From: Lama glama
Taxonomy: Eukaryota
Length of the DNA stretch: 64,000 bases
Direction of reading: 5' to 3'
Assembly (NCBI GenBank): GCA_028534125.1
Contig: CM052816.1
Coordinates: 98,582,001-98,646,000, forward strand
Below, one piece after another: positions 50,772-62,699 of the stretch. How positions within the stretch are numbered: position 1 is the stretch's first letter; every line of letters starts with the position of its first letter. The notes beneath the pieces were generated by a model, which saw only the letters and a list, made by a program, of their open reading frames with translations, was not told the DNA's origin and ran no database searches. Position numbers and translations under genes: made by a program.

Positions 50772-53700
50772 CTTTTTGGTTGTGCTGAATTCATAAACAA
50801 CGTCCTTCTCTTGATCTCTCATCACAGGCTTTTTGGAGATGTTCCCTACATACACGTGACTGCGAATGACAGGTAGCAGGTCAAAGGACGACTCTGCGAT
50901 CTTCCTCAGGGCGTCGGCTATGGCTCGGTCGTGGGACTCCACGGTTTCTTTGGGGTTCAGAGGCACCTGTGAAGCCGTACTGGCGGCCGGGAGAGAACTC
51001 TCCTCCTCCGTCCTCACAGCTTCAGCCTGAGAGAGGTCCTTTCGGGGGTCCCCGTTGACTCCTTCTGCGGTGGGTTCCGGTTCGGGGGACACGCCATCCA
51101 GGCGCAGCCTTTTAGCGCTTCTCAGCGAGGGCGCCGACAGAGTCCTCTTCCCGCCGGAATCCTGTCCTACGTCCCTCGGCTGACCGTGCTTACAGTCAGT
51201 TCCAGCGCTGCCCCCTGTTTTAACAAAGGCGGTTGCAGCAGAAGTGATCGCTTTGAAGCCGGCGATGGCGCTGACAGGCCCGGGGCCGCTCCTGCCGTCG
51301 GCCGGGGGCCCCCGAGCAAGCTGGACGTTCCCCTTGAGGATGCTGAGGGTGCGGGCGCGGGCGGACAGCTCTGGGTACATGGTGTCCAGGATCTTCACGG
51401 AGTTCTCCGGGGGCGCTGCCACCGCAGGGTGGGCAGGTGCGAAGGCAGGGAGGCGACCAGGCACGGGGAGGGCGTGCTTTGGGGTCGCAGCACAAAACTG
51501 CAGAGGAGATGACAAGACCCTCTCGCTGGCCGGTGCAGTGGACGGGGACGGGGACGTGCGGGGAGGAGAGAGGCGCCCCGGCTCCTCCGGCAGAGGGGAC
51601 ATCACAGGAGGAGCCGGGATCTCAGCCAGGGGAGAGGCCTGGCCGGCAGGAGAGAGGGGAGAGGAAGGGCTGGAGCTTGAAATCAGTGGGGAGGCCGGCA
51701 GTGAGGCCCTTGGAGGCGTGGCTATCAGAGGAGCAAGCAAGGGGGGCAGGGGAGGCCCCACCTCCTGCCGTATTTTACTCAGCGTCTCAGCACCGCAGTC
51801 CGCGGGCGTGGAGGTGTCAGCGTTGGCCAGAATGGTCTGCGTCTGACTCCTCGGAGCCTTTGCGTTGCCTCTTTCCCCTGAAAGTGGTGGAGCATCTTCA
51901 CTTTGAGTAGTTTCAACCCGGCTTGATGCTGAAGTCTTCACTGGTTTGTTTGACTGATCTTTGTTAGAAACCTTTGATCGATTCTTATTTTTGCTGAATG
52001 GCTCTAGTTTCGAGTTATAGTAAGTGTGATCAGACTGAACGGTCTGAGAGTCAAAGTTTTGATCGTATATCTCAGAGCTAATCCTTACGCTAGGTTTAAC
52101 AGGTCTATTCCGCAAACGACTTTTATCAAAGTTAGTATTCTGCCCACTGCTTGAAATGTCCTCCTGGGTACCCGGCACGTGACTGCCACCCTGGAGCTCC
52201 GGAAAGGGAGGGCCAGGGTGCCCGGTCTCGGGGGACTGCTCCGCAGAAGGAACTGAAATGAAGCCAGCCCCCTGCCCCTCTGGATCCGGGGAGACAGGGG
52301 CGTCTTCAAGAGCATCACACAGTATAACCTGGTCCACGTTCGGCATGAGAGCCACACTATTGATGATGGTCCAGTTGTCCCCCTTTTCAATGACGAGGTT
52401 GTGATCCTTATTTATCAGCACGTTGATAATTTCGGAGGTCACCGTAGAGATCTGACACTGAAACGCCGCTTCCCCTTCCCCCGCTCCGGAGTCAGCGCAC
52501 AGGAGCAGGGGGTCCGCGGGTTCCAGCGGGACCTCCTCTCCGCCGTCTACAGACCTGATCACATCCAAGTGGCCCTCGGATCTGCCTCGGGTGTTTTCGT
52601 GGTCAGCTCCGCCACTGGTGGGAGAAGGGACCGAGGAGTCAGAGCCGGCCCCTGGTGGGGGCACAGCTGAAGGCTGTGGGGACAAGCTGGCGGTTTCCTG
52701 AGGCGGAACCGGCTCTTCCGCATGCTCGGCTGTCACGCTGTCATGCACATTTAAGAGCAGCACCTCAGCAGCGTCTCCCTCGTCAGCATCCTCGCAGGGA
52801 GTCCGCAGCTCCCGCCCCATCCTAGTGAGCACTTCGGACAGCGTCTCCAAGGAGCACTGCGCCAGCCGACTGGGGCTCCTCAAAGGACCGTCCTCCTCCT
52901 CGGATTCGACCCACTCCTCAGAAGTCTCGAGCGTTTCTTCTTCACAGAGTTGCTTTCCGTACATGTCTCCTGATGGTTCGCTTTGCTTTAATTCCTTGTT
53001 CACTCCTTTATTTCGGGTTCCTTTGCTAGAACATTCTGAAACAGAGTCCCCTGAACTATAATCTCTTAGCTGACAACTTTCAAGAAACATCACGACCTCT
53101 GACGTGGAAAGTCTGTCCATCTCAGAAAGAGCGCTGATGTTAAAGTCTCGCAGAGCTGAGGTCAGATAGCCCACCTCCGTGGAAGGTCTGGGCGCGGCTG
53201 CAGCGGCCCCCGGAGCTGCTAACTCTGGCCGCCCCTGCTCCACCGCGGCCTCAGGCTCATTCTCGCCCTCACTGCAGCTGGGCGCCTCACTCTCCTCCAC
53301 CTCAGTGTCGCCACCTGCCACCTCCCGGATGCCCGTGTAACAGCACAGGGTACCAGGAAGGCTGCTCTGGGGGACAGAGCATTTCTCTTCACCTCTCCTG
53401 CCCAATACTGGGGAAAAAGCAGGATCTGCGGTGCCCACCCCATCAGGAGAAGCACCACCAGGGGTCTGAGCCGGCAGACGCTCCTGCGGGCAGTGCTGCA
53501 CAGCAGGCGGGTCCTTTGAGATGGCCAGGGCCTCCCCGCCAGACCTGACTGCGTCTCCGGTGGGTATTTCTCCACCAGGAAAAGCTCTTGATAGTGTCAC
53601 CTCTGCGGCTGGAATTTTCTCCACATCCAACCTGGATGAGTCCACACTTGGGGCAGGAAGACGCGGACTCTGCTTCTGCACCTCCTCCTGCCCCCTGGCT

Positions 53701-55508
53701 TCCGTCACCATGTCTTGGTTTGGGACCGGGATGTTTTCAGAAGTGAAAGATAATTTACTATTTGCGGGACAACAAGGATTTTCTACTGGTAAAGAACCAC
53801 TCAGAGAATTAAAATCTAATTTCCTCAAGGAGGTGGAAACGCCTGGTGAGGTCCTCTCTGCAGCAGCTGCCTCCCTGCTTTCCTGTGCTGTGGGCTCACT
53901 CCCTCCGCGTCGTGCTCGGGGTGACACACGACCAGCCCCACCAGCAGCATCTGCTGCCAGGGGAGGCTCCGTCCGAGCTGGTCTCGTGGGCTCCCATCCA
54001 GCACTCTGCGTGGTCTCAGGCCGTGTCTGCTTTGTGATTACTGACACCTGGTTCGGCAACAAGGGCGCTGTGGCCCTGAATGCCACAGGACTGTGACCCT
54101 CTCCAGTGCGTTCCGGCTCGGACGCCGACGCCCTGTTCTCTGGGGGGGACACCACCTCCTGTAACTGACGTCTGGCCTGTTCACGTTCAGGCGAAGCACT
54201 CAGTCTTTCTGCACCACTTCGCCGTAACAGATCGTTGTGGCGCCACGAAGTGTTTTTAACGAAGCCGAAGCCACTCCCCATCGAGCCAGACTGAAGTCCT
54301 GCCAACGACGTCAAATCTGACCGACTCGGCGTGAGCGCGGCCCTTGGACTTCGACTCTCACACAGCCCGCCTCTCACGGCTCCCATGAATCCCAGCTGAG
54401 GAAGGGAGCAGACTTCGTTCGTGCCTTTTAAGAGGGTCGCACATCCTACCTCATCGCTCCTTTGGCCGTGAAAATCAGGTGCCTGTGACACCGGACTGAA
54501 AGCTCGGAAGCTGTTCTCCAGAGCGCCGTCTCCTCCGGGATGCTCCGAGGGCTCAGGACGCACCTGGAACGTGTTTAACGTGGCGGCCTGTAATCTTTGT
54601 TCAGACGGACGCAGCTCGGGAAGGTCCACCTCAGTGGGAAGACAGGTGTCATCGACATCCTCCAAATCACAGGGAGACCCGAGGTGACCACAGAGAGACG
54701 AGGCTATCGAGGCCGAGGAGGAAGACACCTCGTCTTCGACACCGAGCCCCGCTGCCAGCAGCGCGGCCCCCGCCGCCCCGGGCGCAGGGGCGGCTCCTGA
54801 GACGAGCCCTCGCAGGCCTTCTCTCTGCTCCTCCAGTCCTCTACACAGGCCCTGAGGACGGCCAGAGACTGACAGGCGGCCGGGCTGAGAAGGGACTCCA
54901 TCCGCCAGCGTCCACTTGGCCCACCCGGGCGTGGGTGACCCTAGCACTCTGGGCCCCAGGGTGTTTCCTTCAGATGCATTGGGCTCATTCCACAGCCTCG
55001 AGCCAAGGGGAGAACGACGCAGGCCTGCCGTCCCGAGCGCCGCTCCCTCCTCTCGAGCCAGGCTGCCCAAAAGCCTCTCCACACGCTCGCTGCCCGGGGG
55101 GTTATGGCGGGTCTTCTCTGGGTGCACCGACCAGTCCATCTCCCGACCCTCTCTCTGCCTCGTCACCTCACCTAAAACGCCCCTTCCTCTATGGCTCATG
55201 AACTCGGGTGACATGGCCCAGCGCTCCTCACGAGCGAAGGAGACGGTGGCTGAAGGCTCTCCCAGGGTTGCTGTAAATGTCCCAAGCCCGACAGCGGTCA
55301 CTTCACTGACTTCCAGTGCATTTGGAGCTTGGGTGGCTTCGTGTGATCTGAGTCTTTCCTCCCATGGCCCACTTCCTTTACTTTTTCCAGGTGAGTTAAA
55401 AGAATCGCGTAATTCAGGTGCATCATCTTCTGAAACGGACTCAGCAGAAACTCTATGTGGGGCCAAGTCATTGTCACTGGAATCTGTACACTCTTCAAAG
55501 TAGGCTTC
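50772..55508 (-). CDS. ICE1: ICE1 giant internal exon (4737 nt, 1579 codons; about exon 13), mostly disordered region ending in ...VYEFSTTKK
   Basis: 1598-aa ORF 50670-55466, extended to the acceptor ttttaag|GAAGCCTAC at 55508. Donor AAG|gtacgt at 50772. Conserved blocks include EVGYLTSAL, NFDKSRLRNRPVKP, ENSVKILDTMYPELSARARTL and FDLLPVIRSHVYVGNISKKPVMRDQEK. Confidence 0.97.
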
Positions 55509-55749
55509 CTTAAAAATAAATGAATTATACTAGTTAGTCAGTTATATACTAATTCAACCAACTAAACATAACTATCAATTAAATGCATTTTTTAAAAAAA
55601 GTACACGCTTCCTGAAGGGTCTGAGGCAAGGGTGGTCTGCACCCTGGCCTCGGAGGGGCAGGGAGGTCTCGTGGGGCACAGCGCTGCTTCGCTGCCACTC
55701 ACGGAAGCCGCCGCTGCCCAGAGGCCCACGTTCGCCCTGCTTTTCCCGA

Positions 55750-57250
55750 ATCAGTGACGCTTCCCAGCTCCACTCCACATGCGGCCGTGGGCTACCTTTG
55801 TCCTCCTGACTTCTAAACAGTCCTTCTCAACTCTGACTTCTTCATTCTCTGGTAAAATGGCTTTTGGCTCTAGCTGCCCAGCCCCGTGTTCCTCCACTTT
55901 CCCGAGCATCTGGCCCGTGGCCAGAGCAGCAGCTCCCCGGCACTGAGCCCAGCCACTGCTCTGCATCCCGGCTCTGCGGTCACCCCGTGGATGTCTCTTG
56001 CCTCGTTCCCTCACAGCAACAGCTGCACCCCAGCTGTTATCAATAGACATGCACAGCCCGGCTCCCCGTCTCTGCTCCAGGAACCCTCCATGACCCCCAA
56101 CCAGCCCCTCCCATCTTAAGTGAACCCCTCGTCACGCGGCCCCTGGAGAGCCAATCCGTGCACCACCCTGCCCCGTTCTAGCAGGGAAACAGCGGGCGGG
56201 GGGAGTAAGGACCGTGGACACAGACTGACTCCTACTGGGAAAACGTTTTCCTCCCTTGGGTTCCAGAGCATCATCACCTCCTGGTTCCTCTACTGTCCTG
56301 ACGCTGTTTTCAACCTCTTTTCCTCTTCCTCTTTTTCTAATCAGCCATGTAGGCACTGACAGCTCCCCAGGATTCTGTCTAGGACCCTACTCTCTTCTTC
56401 TACACATTCGGATGGAATGACATCACACTCTCCCATGGCTCCCGCTGCACCCCCAGCGTCTGTGCCCACCGCAGCCCACCTGCAAGCACCATGCCTGAGG
56501 ATGGGAAACGCACCCTGCACGTGAACCACTGGAAATCCCGCACACACCTAACGCCTGAGGTTTCCTATGTCATCCTCCTCCCAAGCGGGTTCTTCCCGTA
56601 ACTCTAGTTTCCAACATCCTTGATGCCCTGTGTCCTCTAACAATCACACTACAAATCCTAACAGACATGCTGTTTATTCAACCTCATAACCTTTTCCAAG
56701 CCAGCCCCTACCTCCTTAACCCCAACGCTACTACTGGGTTCAGGTGTCGAGAGAAGGAAACTGTTGATTAAACGATTTCCTGGCTCCAGTCTTGCCTCCT
56801 TCTCCACTATCCTCATTCCCTACCCACTCATGCTGGGACACCCAGGACTTCAAAGTGAAACTCTAGCATTAGGCCCACTTCTTTGGATCCATCGGGAGTT
56901 CCCACTGCTTCAGGGTAAAATGAAAGTTCTCAGACACACGTGCCCTGGGGACCTGGTCTGCCTGATCATTCCCCAGCATGAGGTTCGCTCCTCCACCTGA
57001 AGCACCTCCGCCTTCCTTAATCCCCCAGCTGGGATGCGAGCTCCCTGAGCATCTCCCAGCCCCGCTCCACCCAGCCTCTGTCCAGGTCCTTCCCAGCAGG
57101 TACACATCTTGGCACCACAGTGCTCCCCAACAGTCCCACCACCACACAAGATCCAACCACAGACAGCCGTATCCTATGTCACCTCTGCACTCCCCGGGCC
57201 TAGCACCATGTCTAGAACGGAACAGGCTCGCGTCATGCTTCCTGAATGAA
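55750..57250 (+). mobile_element. Degenerate L2 LINE in an ICE1 intron
   Basis: Pyrimidine-rich body ending cctagcaccatgtctagaacggaacaggctc...ctgaatga, which resembles the L2 3' terminus. Confidence 0.55.
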
Positions 57251-57749
57251 GGGACTCAAAGGCGTCCGATCTGCTCCTCAGCCAAAAAACATACAGATAT
57301 GCTCTGTCAAGTCTGACTGACTAAGAAATTATAATACACCACCTGCAAACACAAAAACATGCCGAATTCGTCACATGAAGGTGGGGAATCAGTGACAGAA
57401 GTTAACAGGCCTGTGCGCTGTATACATGGAGTTCCTATCTCTAAAAATACTCGTTTCATTCACTCGTTCCGTATCTGTTCTGTGCCAGGCACTAAAGATA
57501 AAAGTAAACAGTTGAGAAAAGTCCTCCCACAAGAGGCTTATGAACCACTGTAGATAAAGACAAATACAGATGCACCGCGATGCAAAATGGAAAGCCTCAC
57601 AAACGTGGGCCCGGAGGGCGCGGCACGCCTTGTTAGCGCCCGGGTTCCTCCCTAACTCAGTCTGCTCTGAGCACCATGGCCGTTCCTCGAGCACAGCGGA
57701 CACAGACAATGTGGCCACTTGGTCATGCGAATCTAAAGCGCCAACTCAC

Positions 57750-58138
57750 GGACACGAGCGAAGTACGCAGGGCACCCGGGTGTGGTGACACCAAAGGGGG
57801 TGATGGCACCGGAGACAGAAGAGGAGGGGGGAGCTTGAAGAAGTCAACTGCGGCCTGCAGATCCTCATCAAAGCATCGGTCGTGATCAGGAACGTCAGCA
57901 GAGCTATCATTCCTCTGCGGCAAGGCCCCTGGATTGCGGTCCTCTTTGAAACCACCGCCGTCCCGGGACGCGGCCCCACCTGGCTCCTCACGCGGGGGGA
58001 AGCGGCCTTCTACCTCCATGGACAGCTCCGCCAGGCAAGTCTGCACGGCAGAGGTGCCGAGAGGGCCAGCCCCTGCAGGAGGGGGCGCACCGTCTCCCCC
58101 AGGCTCGATGGCTCTGGGGTTTCCTATGGCAGATTTTT
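57750..58138 (-). CDS. ICE1: ICE1 coding exon (389 nt; about exon 12), including DEDLQAAVDFFKLPPPLLSPVPSPP
   Basis: Acceptor cccacag|AAAAATCT and donor TCC|gtgagt. Open frame (ORF 57723-58163) with a characteristic ICE1 peptide. Phase 1 to phase 0. Confidence 0.95.
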
Positions 58139-58939
58139 CTGTGGGGAAAAAAGTGAGTATCAAATTATTTACAATATCGAGAAAACTTAAAAAAAAAAAC
58201 TACCTTATTCTAACAGTTAAAAATGCTTGCAATATTAAGTCCAAGTAGTAATGTTTTTAAAAGGCAACCAATCCCTACCCAAAGATTATCCTCTAAGGCC
58301 TGAATACGTTCCACCTAAGTGTGCCTCCCCCACGACAAGCCCGCGAGCAGGCAGGCGGAGGGACGGAGGCGGCACCCGCGCCCCGTCAGCAGCGGGGGCG
58401 CAGGTGGAGCGGCCTCCATCGCAGCCGGTAACGGGCCTCAAGGACGCGCTCATTCTCTTCGGGCATCTTCCCGCCCAGCCAGGCGTGTTCGGGAGGAGTG
58501 GCTCTCTGCACGAGTGTGGACAGGGAACGCTGCTGTCTCTGTGTAAAATCCACTTGTATCACACCTGCCCGTGACCGTATTTGTGCAGTTCTCTAACTAA
58601 GGGACTTGAGTAGGCCACCCAAATGCTCTGCATTAAAGCGTAGCGGGAAGATCACCAAAAACCCTTTGGGTTTTGATTTTGGTAAACTGCAGCAGTGCTA
58701 ACTGCTAGCAAAAACACCATGTCCTGGGAAATAACCAGAAATAACCATTTGTCATATTTGAAAGCTGTAAAAACACATTTCACAGAAGAACTCAGGGCTC
58801 CTTGGAGAAGTGGCTGATCACAGAACTGGGGAGGGGAAGACACAAGCTGAGCCTGAAACACCCTGCAGGACCAGGGGGTAAAGAAGCCCGAACAGACGGA
58901 AACGCAGGAAGACCCAGGAGCCAAAGAGCCAAACTGAAG

Positions 58940-59600
58940 ACGCTCCCACTAACCAAGTCTGGTACAATCTGAATAATGAAATAACGTATAAGTACTGAAT
59001 TACAACGTTTAGAATAAAACAGGTATCTATAAGACTACACTGGCAGAAATAAGAGAATGAATAAACAAATGGTGAAAAAGTACAGCTCTTCCTCACAGAG
59101 CTCCAACTGCCACGTAGGAGGGAAATGTAAAAACCAGTATTAGACAAAGCAGCAGTCGTAGCAGACAGGATGCATCCACAGGCGACAAAATCGGAGGGCT
59201 CGAGCTGGGGAGAAACAACATCTGCCGTGTCAAAGAATCTCCCTCAAGATAGTTAATCGACCAACAAGGAAGAGTAACTTCACATCGGAGAAACCTGGCC
59301 AACACCAGCTTAAACAGTCAGTCAAGGTTAACACCCCCAGCGGTAACACACAGACACATCCCTTCCCCGGTATCCCGCTGGGGAACTCTGGCCAACTACA
59401 CAGACTCACTCGAACACGAGAAAACATCAGCTAAGCAAACAGGCTTTCTACCAAATGACTCGTATTCTCCAAAAGTGCTGAAGACCTGAGACAAGGAAAG
59501 ACTGATGAACCGCCAGACCCGGGGTTGGGGGAAGGAAATGAAGAATGACCACTAAATGCAAAGTGGGTCCTGGGATGGGAAACGACACACGTGGCTCTAC
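58940..59600 (+). mobile_element. Old L1MC/MD-like fragment
   Basis: ctggtacaatctgaata...gaatgaataaacaaatgg...gaagagtaactt...gaaacctggcc...ccttaa...actaaatgcaaagtgggtcctgg. Confidence 0.5.
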
Positions 59601-59875
59601 ACACACCTGCCATATACGCCTCCCCCAAGTGTCCTTCTGGATCCCATAAATGTTCCCTGATGAAAGCTACTATTAAATTAAAAACCAAATGCATTCACTG
59701 AGCCTGGAAGTCACGCTGAAGGAAACAGAGCTTTGTATGGTTAAAAGTACATCCTAGTTTATCTCAGTCTTTCAATGCAAGATTCAAGAGATGTGAAAAA
59801 CTAAAGGCATACAGTGCCCACGGTAAACATTCCTATTGCATGTATGAAATGTCCTTCCAGAAGCTTCTCTCTCAC

Positions 59876-59962
59876 CTGGGACACATCCTCTGCCTTCACC
59901 AGGTAGTCTGCGTGTTGTGTTTACACAGAGCCAGAGTTCCTTCAGAAGCAGTTTTACTTTTC
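59876..59962 (-). CDS. ICE1: ICE1 coding exon (87 nt; about human exon 11), KVKLLLKELWLCVNTTRRLPGEGRGCVP
   Basis: Acceptor gcag|GA at 59962 and donor CCAG|gtgag at 59876. The peptide matches ICE1/KIAA0947 as I recall it. Phase 1 to phase 1. Confidence 0.93.
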
Positions 59963-61719
59963 CTGCGAAAGAGTAAAATAGTAAAGTCATGTCATTTGGC
60001 CATTCTATACAAGGAAAAAACTACTCTGTTGAAATCAGGATTTATTAGGAATTTAGAATACTAGGTGACTTAAACATCTTTCCCAAATTCAACCCTTGCA
60101 GACAATTTGGTTAAGCTACTGATGGAAAGGTCTACTGATTGAAGGCTGAACACAAGCTTGGGTCTTCTACTGGGGGCGGGTGGGGGGGCGGTGCAGACAG
60201 CATTAGGACTCAGAAGAGCTAATCTATTTGTTGCTAGAAGCTTTGATCACCTTTAAGTATGCACGGATAGGTAAGTTTCTGGTCTACGTACGTTCTACAG
60301 TGACATGAAATCTGGGGATGGGGAGAAGCACAGGGGTAACGACGAATGTGAGAGATTCCAGAGCGGCAGAGAGGTTTTCCCTCAGTCCCAGGAGGTTACC
60401 AGAAAGCTGTAACTAACCTAGGGGCTTCACCGATCTTGGAAAATTCCTTAATGGCCTTAAGGGAAAATGAGGGGAGACAAAATGCGTGTGTATGAACATA
60501 ACGACAGGGAGAGAGAATCACACACATGAGCAGACACACAGAAAGAAGCATATGCTTCTATAAGGAGAGTGAAAGCTTGAGAATGTTTATAAAGATTTTT
60601 CAACGGGGTCTGAACTCCTAAAATGGTTAAGAACCACTGGTTCAAGTTGAAAGGCAAAGGGCAACTGTATCCAAGACAGGCCTAATCAAAGTCACATCGC
60701 ATTTAAGAACAGGATACTATGGGTTTAGAGCAAATTTATCATTAAGAACACAAATTCCCAAAAACGTTCCAAAGCAAAAAGAAATTCATAAAACTATAAA
60801 GATCAATAGTTTATGTCAAATAATACATTTAAAAGGCAATCCACACTAATTAAACTAAAAATAACAGTAAGTATTAGGCAATTTCAGGCTACCTCAAAGC
60901 TCTATCATAGTTTACTTGAAGTTCTTAAACAGAATCATTTATCGAAAATACTGAAATCTTTAATCCAGTTGTAGAGAGGCTAAAAAGACCAACCTTTTCA
61001 ACCAAAATATCTCTAAGGAATCACAGATTTTAGAATAAGTCAGCCCTATTTAAGATGGCAAATTACATCACTCCAAGAAGTGAAGTCCAGAGAAAGAGGC
61101 CAGGACCCATGGGGACACAATAAGAGAGACGTTTGAAAAGTTGGACGTTTCCAACCTCTCCTGAGCCACGTCAGCCACTGTCACTGTGTGTGTGAGGTGC
61201 ATTAGGTTCAGAGTTTAAAAATTCTATGACCAAGTAGTTTATCTGCGTTGTGATTTAACCTACCCAAAAGCCTGCTTCCAAATACTGTAATCCCCTTTGC
61301 TTAAATGACCTGACCAGGATCCCTGCTTATTACGTATACCCAAAGCAGCAAACAAGGAACCTTAAAAGAAAAGAAAAAAAGTTACTTTTCTGCCCCTATG
61401 GAGGCTGTTAACCAGAGCTATGCTTACTCTAACCAAGCACTCATTCATTACTTCCAATCTGACAAAAAGAGCTATCCATTCTCAGCAAAGCAGAAAAAAC
61501 AAAAACAAAACCAAAAAACCACTTCATTGTGGCATCACTACTTAGTTGTGAAAATCTCTCAGCTGAACCACAGGCCTCCCCCAATTCCTTAAAATGCCTC
61601 CTTTATCAAAATCTAGAAATCTATGAGTGCAGTATTTCTGGACTTTCCTACTCCACTGATTTGTCAGTTTCCACATGAAAAGCATGCTTCCTTAATCACG
61701 ACAGTTTTATAATGTTTTA

Positions 61720-62491
61720 ACTTTTTTTATTGAGTTATAGTCATTTTACAATGTTACGTCAGAGTCCAGTGTAGAGCACAATTTTTCAGTTATACATGAA
61801 CATACATATATTCATTGTCACATTTTTTCCTCTGTGAGCTACCACAAGATCTTGTATATATTTCCCTGTGCTATACAGTATAATCTTGTTTATCTATTCT
61901 GCATATGCCTGTCAGTATCTACAGATTTTGAAATCCCAGTCTGTCCCCCCCCCCGCACCCTTGGCAACCACAAGTTTGTATTCTATGTCTATGAGTCTGT
62001 TTCTGTTTCATATTTATGTTCTTTTTTTTTTCTTTTTAGATTCCACATATGAGCGATCTCATATGGTATTTTTCTCTCTCTTCCTGGCTTACTTCACTTA
62101 GAATGACATTCTCCAGTAACATCCATGTTGCTGCAAATGGCATTATGTTGTCGTTTTCACAGCTGAATAGTATTCCATTGTGTAAATATACCAAATTTTC
62201 TTTATCCAGTCATCTGTTGATGGACATTTAGGCTGTTTCCATGTCTTGGCTAATGTAAAGAGAGCTGCTATGAACACTGGGGTGCAGGTGTCATCCTGAA
62301 GTAGGGTTCCTTCTGGATATATGCCCAAAAGCGGGATTCCTGGGTCACATGGTAAGTTTATTTCCAGTCTTTTGAGGAATCTCCATCCTGTTTTCCACAG
62401 TGGCTGCACCAAACTGATTCCCACCAGCAGTGCAGGAGGGTTCCCCTTTCTCCACAGCCTCTCCAGCATTTGTCATCTGTGGACTTCTGAA
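61720..62491 (-). mobile_element. Relatively young LINE-1 3' end (ORF2 tail plus 3' UTR)
   Basis: Poly-T, then attgagttatagtcattttacaatg.... ORF 62143-62469 gives PLWKTGWRFLKRL.I.LP.DP.IPLLGIYP...TCTPVFIAALFT.AKTWKQPKCPSTDDWIKK.WYIYTMEYYSA. Confidence 0.93.
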
Positions 62492-62699
62492 TCCCACTTT
62501 CTACACAGACAGTCACATGGTTTAAAAAACAACAGCTGGACCCTCCCTACTAGCACACGCAGCACCTGCTTTGCATCCGCTCCGTCACGCTGCTCAGGTC
62601 TCCAGCACATAGAGGGACGGAACATGGCAGGTCTGCCTTCTTTCTGACAGCACCCACTGTGCTCTCTCAAGTTCAAAGTGGTTTTTTCTATTATTACCA

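Noticed and set aside
50670..55466. Treating the 1598-aa ORF as a standalone intronless gene
   Set aside because: It starts at a non-ATG codon inside an exon bounded by splice sites that are in phase with neighbouring ICE1 exons.
51186..55503. Several 100-200 aa plus-strand ORFs opposite the giant ICE1 exon
   Set aside because: These are antisense shadows expected from GC-rich coding sequence, with no independent evidence.
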